DNA of 63,903 bases, the filler included, from Licmophora abbreviata (lineage: Eukaryota): the NCBI GenBank assembly GCA_900291995.1. It is 12 parts of 12 records of this genome, joined end to end, with 100 filler letters (N's around TTAATTAATTAA, not from the genome) between each part and the next. Parts side by side here need not be neighbours in the genome. Positions count along the whole stretch, not along the records: positions 1 to 12,069 come from OLMU01004446.1; positions 12,170 to 13,250 come from OLMU01004448.1; positions 13,351 to 15,341 come from OLMU01004452.1; positions 15,442 to 18,631 come from OLMU01004453.1; positions 18,732 to 20,611 come from OLMU01004455.1; positions 20,712 to 23,378 come from OLMU01004456.1; 6 more parts are not named here. The stretch is one strand, 5' to 3'. The notes below the pieces were generated by a model. That model worked only from the letters and a program-made list of their open reading frames with translations, was not told where the DNA came from and did not search any database. This document shows positions 10,986-20,715 of this stretch, one piece after another. Numbering within the stretch: position 1 is the first letter of the stretch; the number at the start of each line of letters is the position of its first letter. A program made the position numbers and the translations under genes.

Positions 10986-13223
10986 TTATGAGAGGTAGAT
11001 CACAATGGCACTGACATTGTCGGAAGTGCCTTTCTCCAGAGCCATGGAGCATAGCTCCCGCGCAGCTTCATCGGCACTCAAGCCACTGCTGCGAAAGTAT
11101 GTTACGTCTCGACCAACCTCGTCATTGTCCATGACTTCAAACAATCCATCACTAGCCAAGACTATGACACCATTTTCAGTCGATACTGTCGTGACATCCG
11201 GGTCGCTGATTATTCCCATTGAAGTGGCAAATGGTCCCTCGAGAGATCGACTAACAGCGTACTCATAGTCGCCAACAGGTAGGAACCATCGTGATAGACT
11301 ACAGGCTGGCATCGAGTATCCCTGATCTTGTCCACGCTCGAAGCGTTCTATCTCGACCTCAGGCGAATGGTCCCGAGTAGCAAACACGACGCTCCCTTCA
11401 CTGTTCACTAGTAAGGTACGGGAGTCACCGCAGTTCAGAACAGACACCTTTCCTTCTTCCATGGCTACGACAGTCGCAGTGGTTCCAGCAACCAAGGAGG
11501 TTGAACCTGTGCTGGCCGTCAAGGTACCCTCCATCTCATCGTAGTCGGCGGTACACTCGTCTAGCTCGCATCCATCGCGATAAGTGGTGCAGGTAGCATC
11601 CCAAGCGGCTTGTAAGGCTTGGGCAACATTCTTCTGCCTACGAAACTCCTCCATGGCCAGAAAAGGCATGAGCTGTTGCGCCGCGTGTGATGCCGCAGTC
11701 CCTCCGTGCCCGTCAAAGACAGCAGCAAGCAAGACTTCCTTCTCGTCGTGCATTTCTTGCAATATGAACGCATCTTCTTGAGCTTTGCGTCGACCTTTGA
11801 CCGACCAGGCACCTTGTTCCACAACACGAGCGTGGCTCGTCGTCGTTTCTTCGAGGGCCTTCGGCGCCTCCCGGATTGACCGTCTATCAAAGTGCAGCTT
11901 GACGTACTTGGCGGAGGCGGGCTGCTTCTCGAGCTGTGCCAGCAAAGAAGGGGCATGTCAGAAGACATGCTCTCGCAACTCAACGACGAGCGTCAAACGT
12001 CACTTACCATTTCCAAGACCTTTTCAAAGCCACTGCTGGCAAGGGGGAGTTCGCCAACTCCCTGCAGTCNNNNNNNNNNNNNNNNNNNNNNNNNNNNNNN
12101 NNNNNNNNNNNNNTTAATTAATTAANNNNNNNNNNNNNNNNNNNNNNNNNNNNNNNNNNNNNNNNNNNNACATGCTCTCGCAACTCAACGACGAGCGTCA
12201 AACGTCACTTACCATTTCCAAGACCTTTTCAAAGCCACTGCTGGCAAGGGGGAGTTCGCCAACTCCCTGTAGTCGGTCTCCGATTTCGAATATTCCCATC
12301 TTGGCAGCCTGACTGTCCGGAACAATTTTCTGAACAAAAACATCGCCAGACTGAGCGTTCTGTGTTGCCTCCTTCCACCGGAGATCCTCAACTTCTTGAT
12401 CGGCTTCTGCCAAGATCAGTCCCAATGGTAAAGCCCGTCGAAAGGTGGCAACATAGTGAAGCGGTCGAGGGCCCATGGCAGGTCCTTCCGAAGGAATCTC
12501 GCAAGTTTGCATGATTTCCATCACCGAGGCAAAGAAGGGACCGTCCGCCAGCTCTTCTCCTTGACGAATCTGGCGGAATCTAGTGAGTGCAGGGCTGGAA
12601 GCTATTCTCTGCTCGGGGTCCTTTCTCAACATTTCGCTCAGTAGTTTCCAAAGTCCCGGCCGTTCCCCAAAATACTCGAGCGCCTCCTGCAATCCAGACG
12701 GACGAACCTTGGAAGACAGCTCTCTCGACAACCAAGCATCGAGGTCGCAATTGGCATCTTCGACTTGCTGGTGAAAGCCCGCATCCATACGTTCGTCTAA
12801 AAAGTTGAAGATCAACTGACAAATAATCAGTGCAGCTGAAAACACGTCAAACTGAAACGGGGCGCTGTGTGCAGTGATAGGTGTGCGTATGGGTGTGTGT
12901 CAGAGGACAGCCATCGCAACTCAAACAACATGAACAACGAGCGAACAACAAAGTACGAACCGATCGTGACGGATAAAGGTTTCTGGTGCTGCGTATATGG
13001 GAGAGACTGCCACACGTCCTTCATCTTCAAGTCCCACCCGTTTCTTTCCTCCCCAAAACTTGTTGGACTTGATCGGATCCATGTCGGCTGTCGGCGGGAG
13101 GAAACAGAAGGAAAGGGCAATGTTGGTATCACCATCACGCAACGACCCCCCTCTTTACTGACGACCTCGAAACGGCGTTCTTCCACACGTACCTGCAGAC
13201 CCAAAATCAATCAGCACCAGTGA
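10986..13223 (-). CDS. STN7/Stt7-like protein kinase (C-lobe visible; N-lobe lost in gap) + PDZ-like domain + PP2C phosphatase. Exons 13223-13193, 13087-12961, 12864-12213, 11933-10986
   Basis: Spliced reading LVLIDFGSAADM...SPIYAAPETFI...FDVFSAALIICQLIF...MLRKDPEQRI. PDZ-like PLGLIL...VQKIVPDSQAA...IGDRL. PP2C motifs QEDAF, VFDGHGG, NCGDSR, VSRSL, LASDGLF, GTSDNVS. All introns GT-AG. Confidence 0.8.
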
Positions 13224-13717
13224 CTGCACAGAGGTCACACACAGAGAAGGNNNNNNNNNNNNNNNNNNNNNNNNNNNNNNNNNNNNNNNNNNNNTTAATT
13301 AATTAANNNNNNNNNNNNNNNNNNNNNNNNNNNNNNNNNNNNNNNNNNNNCGAACAGCAACACGGGCAAGGTGAGCAGCGCTGCTGCCGATGAAGAGAGA
13401 CAGATGACGACGAGAGAGATATCGAGAAGTTAAAATGGGAGAGCGCGACGGACCTCGCGACTATTGATGTTCGACCGAGTTATTAGAGGGAGACTTGAGT
13501 GAGTCAAGTCTCAGGACGTCGCGGAAAAGCCAAATTGGACAAAGGGTATACGTCGTTACGTCGTGTCACATCGACACGTTAAGCCGGGGTCTCAAAGTTG
13601 CTAGCCTGCCTTTCCATCCTTACCTAGTCTACAACTATTCGCTGTCTGGGACAAACCTGAGGATTGCGAAAGCTTGACTCTGATACAGATCCCCAATGAG
13701 CCAGGAGGTTGACCCAA

Positions 13718-15295
13718 TTACACTCGTCCATCAAGCCACGTGTCGATCAAAGTTCTGGCCAGCACACCTTTGGGTGGTATCAGCAGCTCGATGCTAGGAT
13801 CCGCTTGTATCGCTGCTTCTGCAACTTCTCTTCGCATGACGGCACCCGGTACGGTCGCGGCCATCCCGACTTGGGTCCTATCGAACCATGTCGCCTCGAC
13901 CAGTTCGTCTCTATCAATGTCAAGAGCTTGCGCCTCGTCCGCTGTCGCCGAAAATCCAATCATGATGCTCTGAGGAAAGGGCCATGGCTGGGAGCCAATG
14001 TAGTTAACAGAGGACTCGTCAATACGAATGCCAGTCTCTTCATAAACCTCTCGTGCGACTGCCTTTTCGAAAGTCTCGCCAGCTTCCACGAATCCGGCAA
14101 GAGCCGTGTGCATTCTCGCGGGATGGCGAGGAGACCGAGCCAACAGGACACGTTCCTTGTCACGACTCATGATCACGGCAATCATGGAGGGGTCCTGGCG
14201 AGGCCAGGACTGCTGGCCGCATCCGGTACATTTACGACTCGTGCCTCCGTCAATCAGATTGGTAGCAGAACCACATACCGGACAAAAAGGTGCTCGGCGT
14301 TGCCATTGTGCGAGCGCTGTGGCATGTAGGACCAGTTCGTTGTGAATGGGAGATAGCAAGGGCGCTCCGGTTCGCGTATCCCCAAAGTCGGCTCCTCCTG
14401 AGACTTTCGCGGCTGCCGCGCGGACTGCGTCCGGGTCGCTGGCATGCAGATCGACTCCAAAAACAGCTTCTTTGCTATCAAGCAAACCAAGGAACGTCGT
14501 GACTGATTCTGAACCAGTCTCCTGGCAAATAGAATCTACCTGTTCCTTACTTAGCTTAGCCAGTTCCCAGCCCTCGAAAAATAGGGCCTGGTTACCCTGC
14601 AACACAACGTACTTGGCATCCTTTGCAAGTTCGTCAAGTCTTGCTGGGTTGGAGCGCAATTGAGTGGCGCGGTCCAAATGTCTACCAGATGCCTCTTCCT
14701 GCGCTAGCCCTACCGAATTGAGAAAAGCGGAGTCCGCAATGCCAGTATGCAGCGCGTCAAGGGCTAGATCAGCTGCCTTGTCAGCAAACAGCCGCATATT
14801 CTGTACGCGGTCGGCGTGCGTCGACCGTATCACGTCCTGTTTGACAACTTTGACACTACCGTCATAATCTCGAGCTGCAATCGCAATCGCTGCAAAACCT
14901 CGGTCCAGCCCGTTCGGTCGAAATGTCGGACCCGCTGCTCCTCCTTCTGCAATCGCAAAGTCGGTTCCAAGTTCTTTGCAGAAGGCCACTGCTGTCTTGC
15001 TCGTCCAGTCCAACTTGGAGCGCACATATCGATCGGCATCACTCTCAGCTCCGCCATTGGACTCAAGCGGTGCCACCAGGGCATCATGCAGTTTGCCATC
15101 ATTCAACAAGAGGGGCTTGGCGCGGCGGGTATTGTAGGCCACGGACCCGCCAAAAAACACAGAGGATGAGCCCGGCACGGCCATGATGGACGCGTTGATG
15201 AGGCCACCGCAACAGCTTTCCACGACTGTACATGTCGCTTTTTTGTATTTGAGGGCTGAGACTAGCCGCAAGAAGCTAGGAGAGGTAAGGGACAT
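13718..15295 (-). CDS. Fusion of a CinA/PncC-like (NMN deamidase-type) domain and NudC-type NADH pyrophosphatase (Zn ribbon + Nudix)
   Basis: N-terminal VESCCGGLI, VPGSSSVFFGG, AEGGAAGP. C-terminal CPVCG...CTGC Zn ribbon, Nudix box GFVEAGETFEKAVAREVYEETG and NudC signature SQPWPFP. One uninterrupted 525-aa ORF. Confidence 0.88.
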   Translation of the reverse strand: MSLTSPSFLRLVSALKYKKATCTVVESCCGGLINASIMAVPGSSSVFFGGSVAYNTRRAKPLLLNDGKLHDALVAPLESNGGAESDADRYVRSKLDWTSKTAVAFCKELGTDFAIAEGGAAGPTFRPNGLDRGFAAIAIAARDYDGSVKVVKQDVIRSTHADRVQNMRLFADKAADLALDALHTGIADSAFLNSVGLAQEEASGRHLDRATQLRSNPARLDELAKDAKYVVLQGNQALFFEGWELAKLSKEQVDSICQETGSESVTTFLGLLDSKEAVFGVDLHASDPDAVRAAAAKVSGGADFGDTRTGAPLLSPIHNELVLHATALAQWQRRAPFCPVCGSATNLIDGGTSRKCTGCGQQSWPRQDPSMIAVIMSRDKERVLLARSPRHPARMHTALAGFVEAGETFEKAVAREVYEETGIRIDESSVNYIGSQPWPFPQSIMIGFSATADEAQALDIDRDELVEATWFDRTQVGMAATVPGAVMRREVAEAAIQADPSIELLIPPKGVLARTLIDTWLDGRV

Positions 15296-15539
15296 GGCAA
15301 TACAGGAAGGTTCCGTCCATGTCGCCAGAACACTGTGATGTNNNNNNNNNNNNNNNNNNNNNNNNNNNNNNNNNNNNNNNNNNNNTTAATTAATTAANNN
15401 NNNNNNNNNNNNNNNNNNNNNNNNNNNNNNNNNNNNNNNNNCGACAGGTCTACCTGACGACTATGCAATCTTGAATCGACTCCATCAGCCTTGACGCAAG
15501 TTCTCAAACTGGGATTGCAGCGGTACTGACTCAAATTAG

Positions 15540-17237
15540 ATGATGGAATCGGAGATCATTCGGAGGGGGAAGGTGGTATCTGTAGACATCATGAATGTGA
15601 AATCCAGCGGCAGCATGCGAATCGAGATGTCGCTTCTCGCGCGATGTTGTAAACAGGCTGTACAGGAGAAACAATGCTTGGACGATCAATTGCTTCTGTA
15701 TGCTCCAAAAGAACTACTCGTAGACGACAATGAGCGAATCAGAAGGACTGTTCGGAAGAAGAGAAGGGGACGATTTCCGTTCTTTCGTGGGGACATGAAA
15801 GCACCTACAGCGCTGGACGAGCTCACGGTACATCCGATGCTACTACTGCTGATGAGCAAGGCGCTGAATTGCGACCATCCTCGGCTGCTGGATGCGTACT
15901 TGACCACCATTCATGGCGAGTCCGATAATATTCAGAGATACGCGGGCGGAGATGCTTCTGTTGCTGATCGGAAGCGTGTACCAACTGTGGTGGTGCTGAA
16001 CCTGACGTTGGATGCTGACATCGCCAATCAGACTGTGCAGTACTGTCGAGTGGAAGGTGCGTCTGGTCTTCTCAGTACAAGACCGTCTCTGAGAATCCTA
16101 TATCACAGTGGCACTTCAATGCAGTACATGCCGCATGGTTTCATAAGATATTTAGAGCATGCGGAGGCATGGATCAGAAGTCTCAATTGTGGGCAAAGAA
16201 CCGCTCTAGGCTTTCCATCTCCCAGTGACGAGTACTGGAGGGACAACAGTAGCTTGCAGCAGGTCGCGTTGCGGTACCCTGGAATGAAATTTGACCTATA
16301 TCGGACAGCAAGTGTAACGTCACCGATACAACAGTCGATTCCTGCACCGCCAGATGGAGCTGTTTCGACATGCGACCCAAACTTGACACATCGTGATTCG
16401 GCGCGTTGGATCTTTCCTGAACGGGTTCTTATTGATAACAATGACATGGTTGTACTCTCGGACCAGGAGATACGGCAGTTTCGAGACAACGGGTACTTGT
16501 TCCTCGAAGGCATTTGGCCTCAGAGGCTGATAGATGACGCGGCCGAGGCTGCGCGAGAGCTTTGGCCGGACAAAGTAGGTACTTCGCAAAGTCCAGACTC
16601 GCCTTTTCAGTTTCCTTTTGCCGCCGGCTCGCGACTCCGAGATATTACACTGTACCGGCATATCTGGAGTGTGGCATGTCAGCTGCTTCAAGTGGACAGG
16701 AAAGACTTGCGCATCATGCAATCCGCATGTTTCAGTAAGCGAGGTCCTCCCAGTGAGGATGCGGCGAGTGATCCCAAAGTCGGTGACCCGTTTGTAAATG
16801 GGAATCAGCCCATGCACCAAGACTTCGGTAGCAATACGCTACTCGTTCCCGCAAGGTCCAAGTATTGTTGGCAGGAACCCGAGGAGGTGCAGGGAATCCT
16901 CTACTACAACGATCACAAAGGGGTGGATGGTGGGACGGCGTTCGTACCTGGGTTGTCTCATACAGGCGCCGATCCGGTTCACAAGGGATGGCTACCGGAT
17001 AATATGGAGAATGATCCGCGACCAGCTCTGTATCGTGCTGAACGAAAGGTAGCATACTCGAAAGGGTCGATTCTTTTGTTTCAGCTTGGAACATGGCATC
17101 GAGGGACCCCCGTCGCAGCCGGCGCCATTCGACGCGTTCAGCATTTGTGTTTCAAGAGGGCAAATGCAACCTGGGTGGGAGGCTCGGCAGAGTTCGGACA
17201 GGCCGATGGTATTTTTGAGGGTCTTCCTGTCCCATAA
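15540..17237 (+). CDS. Fe(II)/2-oxoglutarate dioxygenase of the PhyH family with a degenerate PhyH-like N-terminal half
   Basis: QFRDNGYLFLEG start motif, HxD (MHQDF), GGTAFVPG, distal His (WHRG) and RR motif. Intronless ORF. Confidence 0.75.
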   Translation: MMESEIIRRGKVVSVDIMNVKSSGSMRIEMSLLARCCKQAVQEKQCLDDQLLLYAPKELLVDDNERIRRTVRKKRRGRFPFFRGDMKAPTALDELTVHPMLLLLMSKALNCDHPRLLDAYLTTIHGESDNIQRYAGGDASVADRKRVPTVVVLNLTLDADIANQTVQYCRVEGASGLLSTRPSLRILYHSGTSMQYMPHGFIRYLEHAEAWIRSLNCGQRTALGFPSPSDEYWRDNSSLQQVALRYPGMKFDLYRTASVTSPIQQSIPAPPDGAVSTCDPNLTHRDSARWIFPERVLIDNNDMVVLSDQEIRQFRDNGYLFLEGIWPQRLIDDAAEAARELWPDKVGTSQSPDSPFQFPFAAGSRLRDITLYRHIWSVACQLLQVDRKDLRIMQSACFSKRGPPSEDAASDPKVGDPFVNGNQPMHQDFGSNTLLVPARSKYCWQEPEEVQGILYYNDHKGVDGGTAFVPGLSHTGADPVHKGWLPDNMENDPRPALYRAERKVAYSKGSILLFQLGTWHRGTPVAAGAIRRVQHLCFKRANATWVGGSAEFGQADGIFEGLPVP

Positions 17238-17307
17238 TTGTTGACAAGCAAAGGTATCTCCTAGCTAACAAGGTCGAAACGAGGCATCATTTCTGGTCTC
17301 CACAAGT

Positions 17308-18513
17308 CTATTCGCCGCCTGGCAGCTTAATACCTACGATCGCGAGTAGGATGGTAAAAACCAAGGCACAAATACCAAATGCCCACTCCGTAGTCAAATG
17401 GAACCACGATACCCTCATGCGAATCGGGAAGTCTCGAATTCTCGCGCCCAAAGTCTGGGCCGTCTTCGCGAGAACTCTGGATTGCGCAACCGCATCATCG
17501 TGGACAGATCCATACGTGGAGGCAGCATAGTTCTGCTGTGCTTCCGCTGCAATGATACTTAGTAGCTTCGCAACTCGTTCACTGGCATAATGAACATCGG
17601 CTGCCGCTAGAGTGACCTGGAGGATGCAACAAGCGAGCACGAGAAGAAGTCGCAATACTGCTAGGTGGACCCCATCCCAGTGTTTCACCTCTCCAGAAAA
17701 GACGTCATCCAAGGATGAGGCCATTTCAATTGCTGCAAGCAGAATGATAAAGAGACCAAGAACACCGGTTTGTGCAGATAGCCGTTCGGCGTCAGCAAGA
17801 ATATCTTCGTAATTAGCACGAGTTTCGCCAAGCTGTTCGAGTAGCACACCAGCAGACCGCGTGTCGACGACCCTATGTTCGAGTTTGTGCTTTTCGGCCC
17901 AAACACGTAAGGCAATCACTCGATAAGCCACTGCGAGGAGGAGGAATCCCACAATGTACAATAGATCCTCGAGTGAATCCGCCAAGACAAACAGTAGCAA
18001 GGCAGGCACCGACAATCCTCCCTGCGTTGCTTCCAGAATGTCGTCACTCAGACACGAGGAAAGGACAGAAAACGTCCCGATTGCGACATGGACGATAATG
18101 GCGGTATCTCCTCGGGCGACACGAAACGATTGCAAAGAGTGAGGAGAAGTCAACAGAGCTACATCTTGTCCAGCTTCCGAGTCAGCATCATCGTCCCTCT
18201 GAGAAGCATGATATCTTCCCAAGGCAGTTTCGACAGGGGAGAGCAGCAGTATTGCTAATCCAGCGTAGCTCACTCCAGAGTCCAAGACGAAAAAGGCAAC
18301 AAAAGAGACCCAGGCGGCCGTCCCATTGAGAGCAATGTAAAAGCAAGCCACCATCACCGTCACCGCGAGGACAGCCATCCAAGCAACCACGCACGGCAGA
18401 TTCTGGCGACGCAGAGCAGTTAGCAACGACTGACTTCGTACCAGACGACCCCATCCCTCCAGCCATAGAAATATACGAATAATACGGTTCTCGCTGTCAT
18501 CCTCATTGCCCAT
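17308..18513 (-). CDS. Polytopic membrane protein, about 7 TM helices; possible gustatory-receptor-like/7TMIC ion channel
   Basis: 401-aa ORF with seven hydrophobic segments, long amphipathic helices between TM4-TM5 and TM6-TM7, and a final TM at the extreme C-terminus. CDS is well supported; family call is inference. Confidence 0.6.
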   Translation of the reverse strand: MGNEDDSENRIIRIFLWLEGWGRLVRSQSLLTALRRQNLPCVVAWMAVLAVTVMVACFYIALNGTAAWVSFVAFFVLDSGVSYAGLAILLLSPVETALGRYHASQRDDDADSEAGQDVALLTSPHSLQSFRVARGDTAIIVHVAIGTFSVLSSCLSDDILEATQGGLSVPALLLFVLADSLEDLLYIVGFLLLAVAYRVIALRVWAEKHKLEHRVVDTRSAGVLLEQLGETRANYEDILADAERLSAQTGVLGLFIILLAAIEMASSLDDVFSGEVKHWDGVHLAVLRLLLVLACCILQVTLAAADVHYASERVAKLLSIIAAEAQQNYAASTYGSVHDDAVAQSRVLAKTAQTLGARIRDFPIRMRVSWFHLTTEWAFGICALVFTILLAIVGIKLPGGE

Positions 18514-18938
18514 GGTCGCTTGTGATGCGGAGCACTACCCGTCCGTGCCGACGCGGGCTTGCATTGTGGAACGCGGAGGGTCGGGCCAACACAACATTGA
18601 ACATACCGAACCGCTCCGATACCGCGGTAGANNNNNNNNNNNNNNNNNNNNNNNNNNNNNNNNNNNNNNNNNNNNTTAATTAATTAANNNNNNNNNNNNN
18701 NNNNNNNNNNNNNNNNNNNNNNNNNNNNNNNCTTGTCTAGAGTAGTGTCTTCTAATAAGCAATGCGCATTTTGGTGACCGTCGTGCCTTCCATCATCTAT
18801 TCGTGATTGACCAGGCACCGTGTACGAGTAGGACCTACGATAGTTTTCGCCCGAGAGTAGCGTTATGTAAACTAGATCCTGCACCTGGCAGTATGTATAT
18901 CTGTTGGTATAGTAGTACCAGTAAACTTGTCACGGCCT

Positions 18939-20423
18939 TCAGTTCTTCCCTGGACAAAGAGACGAGACTGCTTCCCACAAATCTGAACGTAAGGTACTTG
19001 TATTGACAATCAAATTTGATTGAAGAAACTCCCTTTTTGGACACTCAGCCTGCTTGTCTTCGCATCCTCGTTCCATGAGTTCGACCAGTCGCGTGTTGTT
19101 GTGAGGCAGATGTCCAAGCGAATAGATGTATTTTTTAACAAATGCCTGGCCATTTAAGAAGAGATCTTTGTTGACTTCAATTGAGCCTACCTCAATGATG
19201 GCAACTTCAGAGCGACTGAAAATCATGTTTGCTAGATGCGCTCCATGGCATGATATCAAAATATCAAAAGATTGAAATAAAGCCACTTGCTCCATGAAGG
19301 TAGATTCCGAGTTTATCGAAACAACGGCGAGCGGCATGTCAGAAAATTCGCTTACAACCCTCTTGATATCGTCCATGTTGACAAGCAGCCTTAGAGCTGT
19401 TCCGTCTGTCCTTTTCCAAACCGCAATGCGCAGGCGTCTTGCACACTGTAATTTCTCACCGCCGGACACCACCTTGGATTCTACCAACTTGCGCCATTCA
19501 TCCACAACGGAAGGTGGGTTCGGTCCGAAGTAATGCCCTCTAGAGAAGGGCTCCTGGTACACTTCAGTTCCACATAAAACAACATCGTACGTTTTTACAC
19601 CTGGTATACCAAAAGGAAAGGACGTACTTTTGTTGAGAGGCTGGAAAGGCAGGTACATGCTGACTTGATCTCTCGGACCTGTTACAAGTCCTCGAGAAAA
19701 AGCGTGCTCCCACAAGTGGTTGCTGATGGTATCTGCCCAAGTCCAGTGAGGGAGCATGCACTGGCGATACAGTAGCAGATCAAAATGGAGTGATGAATTG
19801 GAGTAGAACCCAGTTGACGCAGCAAACAGCTTCCCGTGCCCCATCATGAAGTGCGCTGGGTTCACCCTTCTCATTGCCTGCCGCTGACAATTCATAGTAA
19901 AGACTTTGTCAGCAAAGTAAACGTTCTTGAGAGTGCGATACTTTTCAAAAGGAACCAGCCACGGTTTTCGTTCGTCCAGCACGGAGCCAAAACTCTCAGT
20001 GAATGCGTTCCAGTCAATAGAGGATTGATTTGTGAGAGGGTCCGGTACGTCAAAGACCATCATGCCATCGCGTCGAGAGAAACAGACATTCGAGAAGTTG
20101 CAAAGCCCGTGATCTGTGCAACCATGAAACTTTGGAGCTGGAAATTTGTCTGTTCCACGCGCCGTTGAAAGCTTCGTAAGGTAAGGCGAGTGCAACGGGT
20201 CCATCAGGGCTGTAACATCATCGTTCATCTGCTCCTTGGCCATGATCCAGGGAGGCTCCTCTTTGTCGTGAAAGTCATGCGGCAACAACCATTGACGATT
20301 AGCAAAGACAATCCACTGTCCTGCTGCGAAGGCAGCAATAGCAATCAGTGCGCCAATCCCGCGACACCTCCGAATCCCCCTTGAAAGTCCACTACCGAGG
20401 AATCGATTTCTCCCACCAGCCAT
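18939..20423 (-). CDS. Glycosyltransferase family 61 (DUF563-type), type-II membrane protein
   Basis: N-terminal TM anchor, CNFSNVC motif, MTFMEQVALF-like segment followed by DILISCHGAHLANMIF and AIIEV. Confidence 0.8.
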   Translation of the reverse strand: MAGGRNRFLGSGLSRGIRRCRGIGALIAIAAFAAGQWIVFANRQWLLPHDFHDKEEPPWIMAKEQMNDDVTALMDPLHSPYLTKLSTARGTDKFPAPKFHGCTDHGLCNFSNVCFSRRDGMMVFDVPDPLTNQSSIDWNAFTESFGSVLDERKPWLVPFEKYRTLKNVYFADKVFTMNCQRQAMRRVNPAHFMMGHGKLFAASTGFYSNSSLHFDLLLYRQCMLPHWTWADTISNHLWEHAFSRGLVTGPRDQVSMYLPFQPLNKSTSFPFGIPGVKTYDVVLCGTEVYQEPFSRGHYFGPNPPSVVDEWRKLVESKVVSGGEKLQCARRLRIAVWKRTDGTALRLLVNMDDIKRVVSEFSDMPLAVVSINSESTFMEQVALFQSFDILISCHGAHLANMIFSRSEVAIIEVGSIEVNKDLFLNGQAFVKKYIYSLGHLPHNNTRLVELMERGCEDKQAECPKREFLQSNLIVNTSTLRSDLWEAVSSLCPGKN

Positions 20424-20715
20424 GACGGAAAGTTTTTGCGAAACCTTGTCAAAAGGCGCCTGTATGATTACCAGGTACCATGGTAGTCTAGTCAACTCCT
20501 CCTTCGCACAACCGTGTCACCCGACACCGCGCCGGTCCCAACAGTGTGTGTGATTTTTGTGTAGCCGTGAAAACAAAAGCTACGTGGAGTTTACTGAGCA
20601 ATGATATGATANNNNNNNNNNNNNNNNNNNNNNNNNNNNNNNNNNNNNNNNNNNNTTAATTAATTAANNNNNNNNNNNNNNNNNNNNNNNNNNNNNNNNN
20701 NNNNNNNNNNNAGCT

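Noticed and set aside
13351..13700. Possible 5' exon or signal peptide of the kinase-PDZ-PP2C gene
   Set aside because: A hydrophobic frame exists but no in-frame ATG could be placed, and linkage across the gap is unknown.
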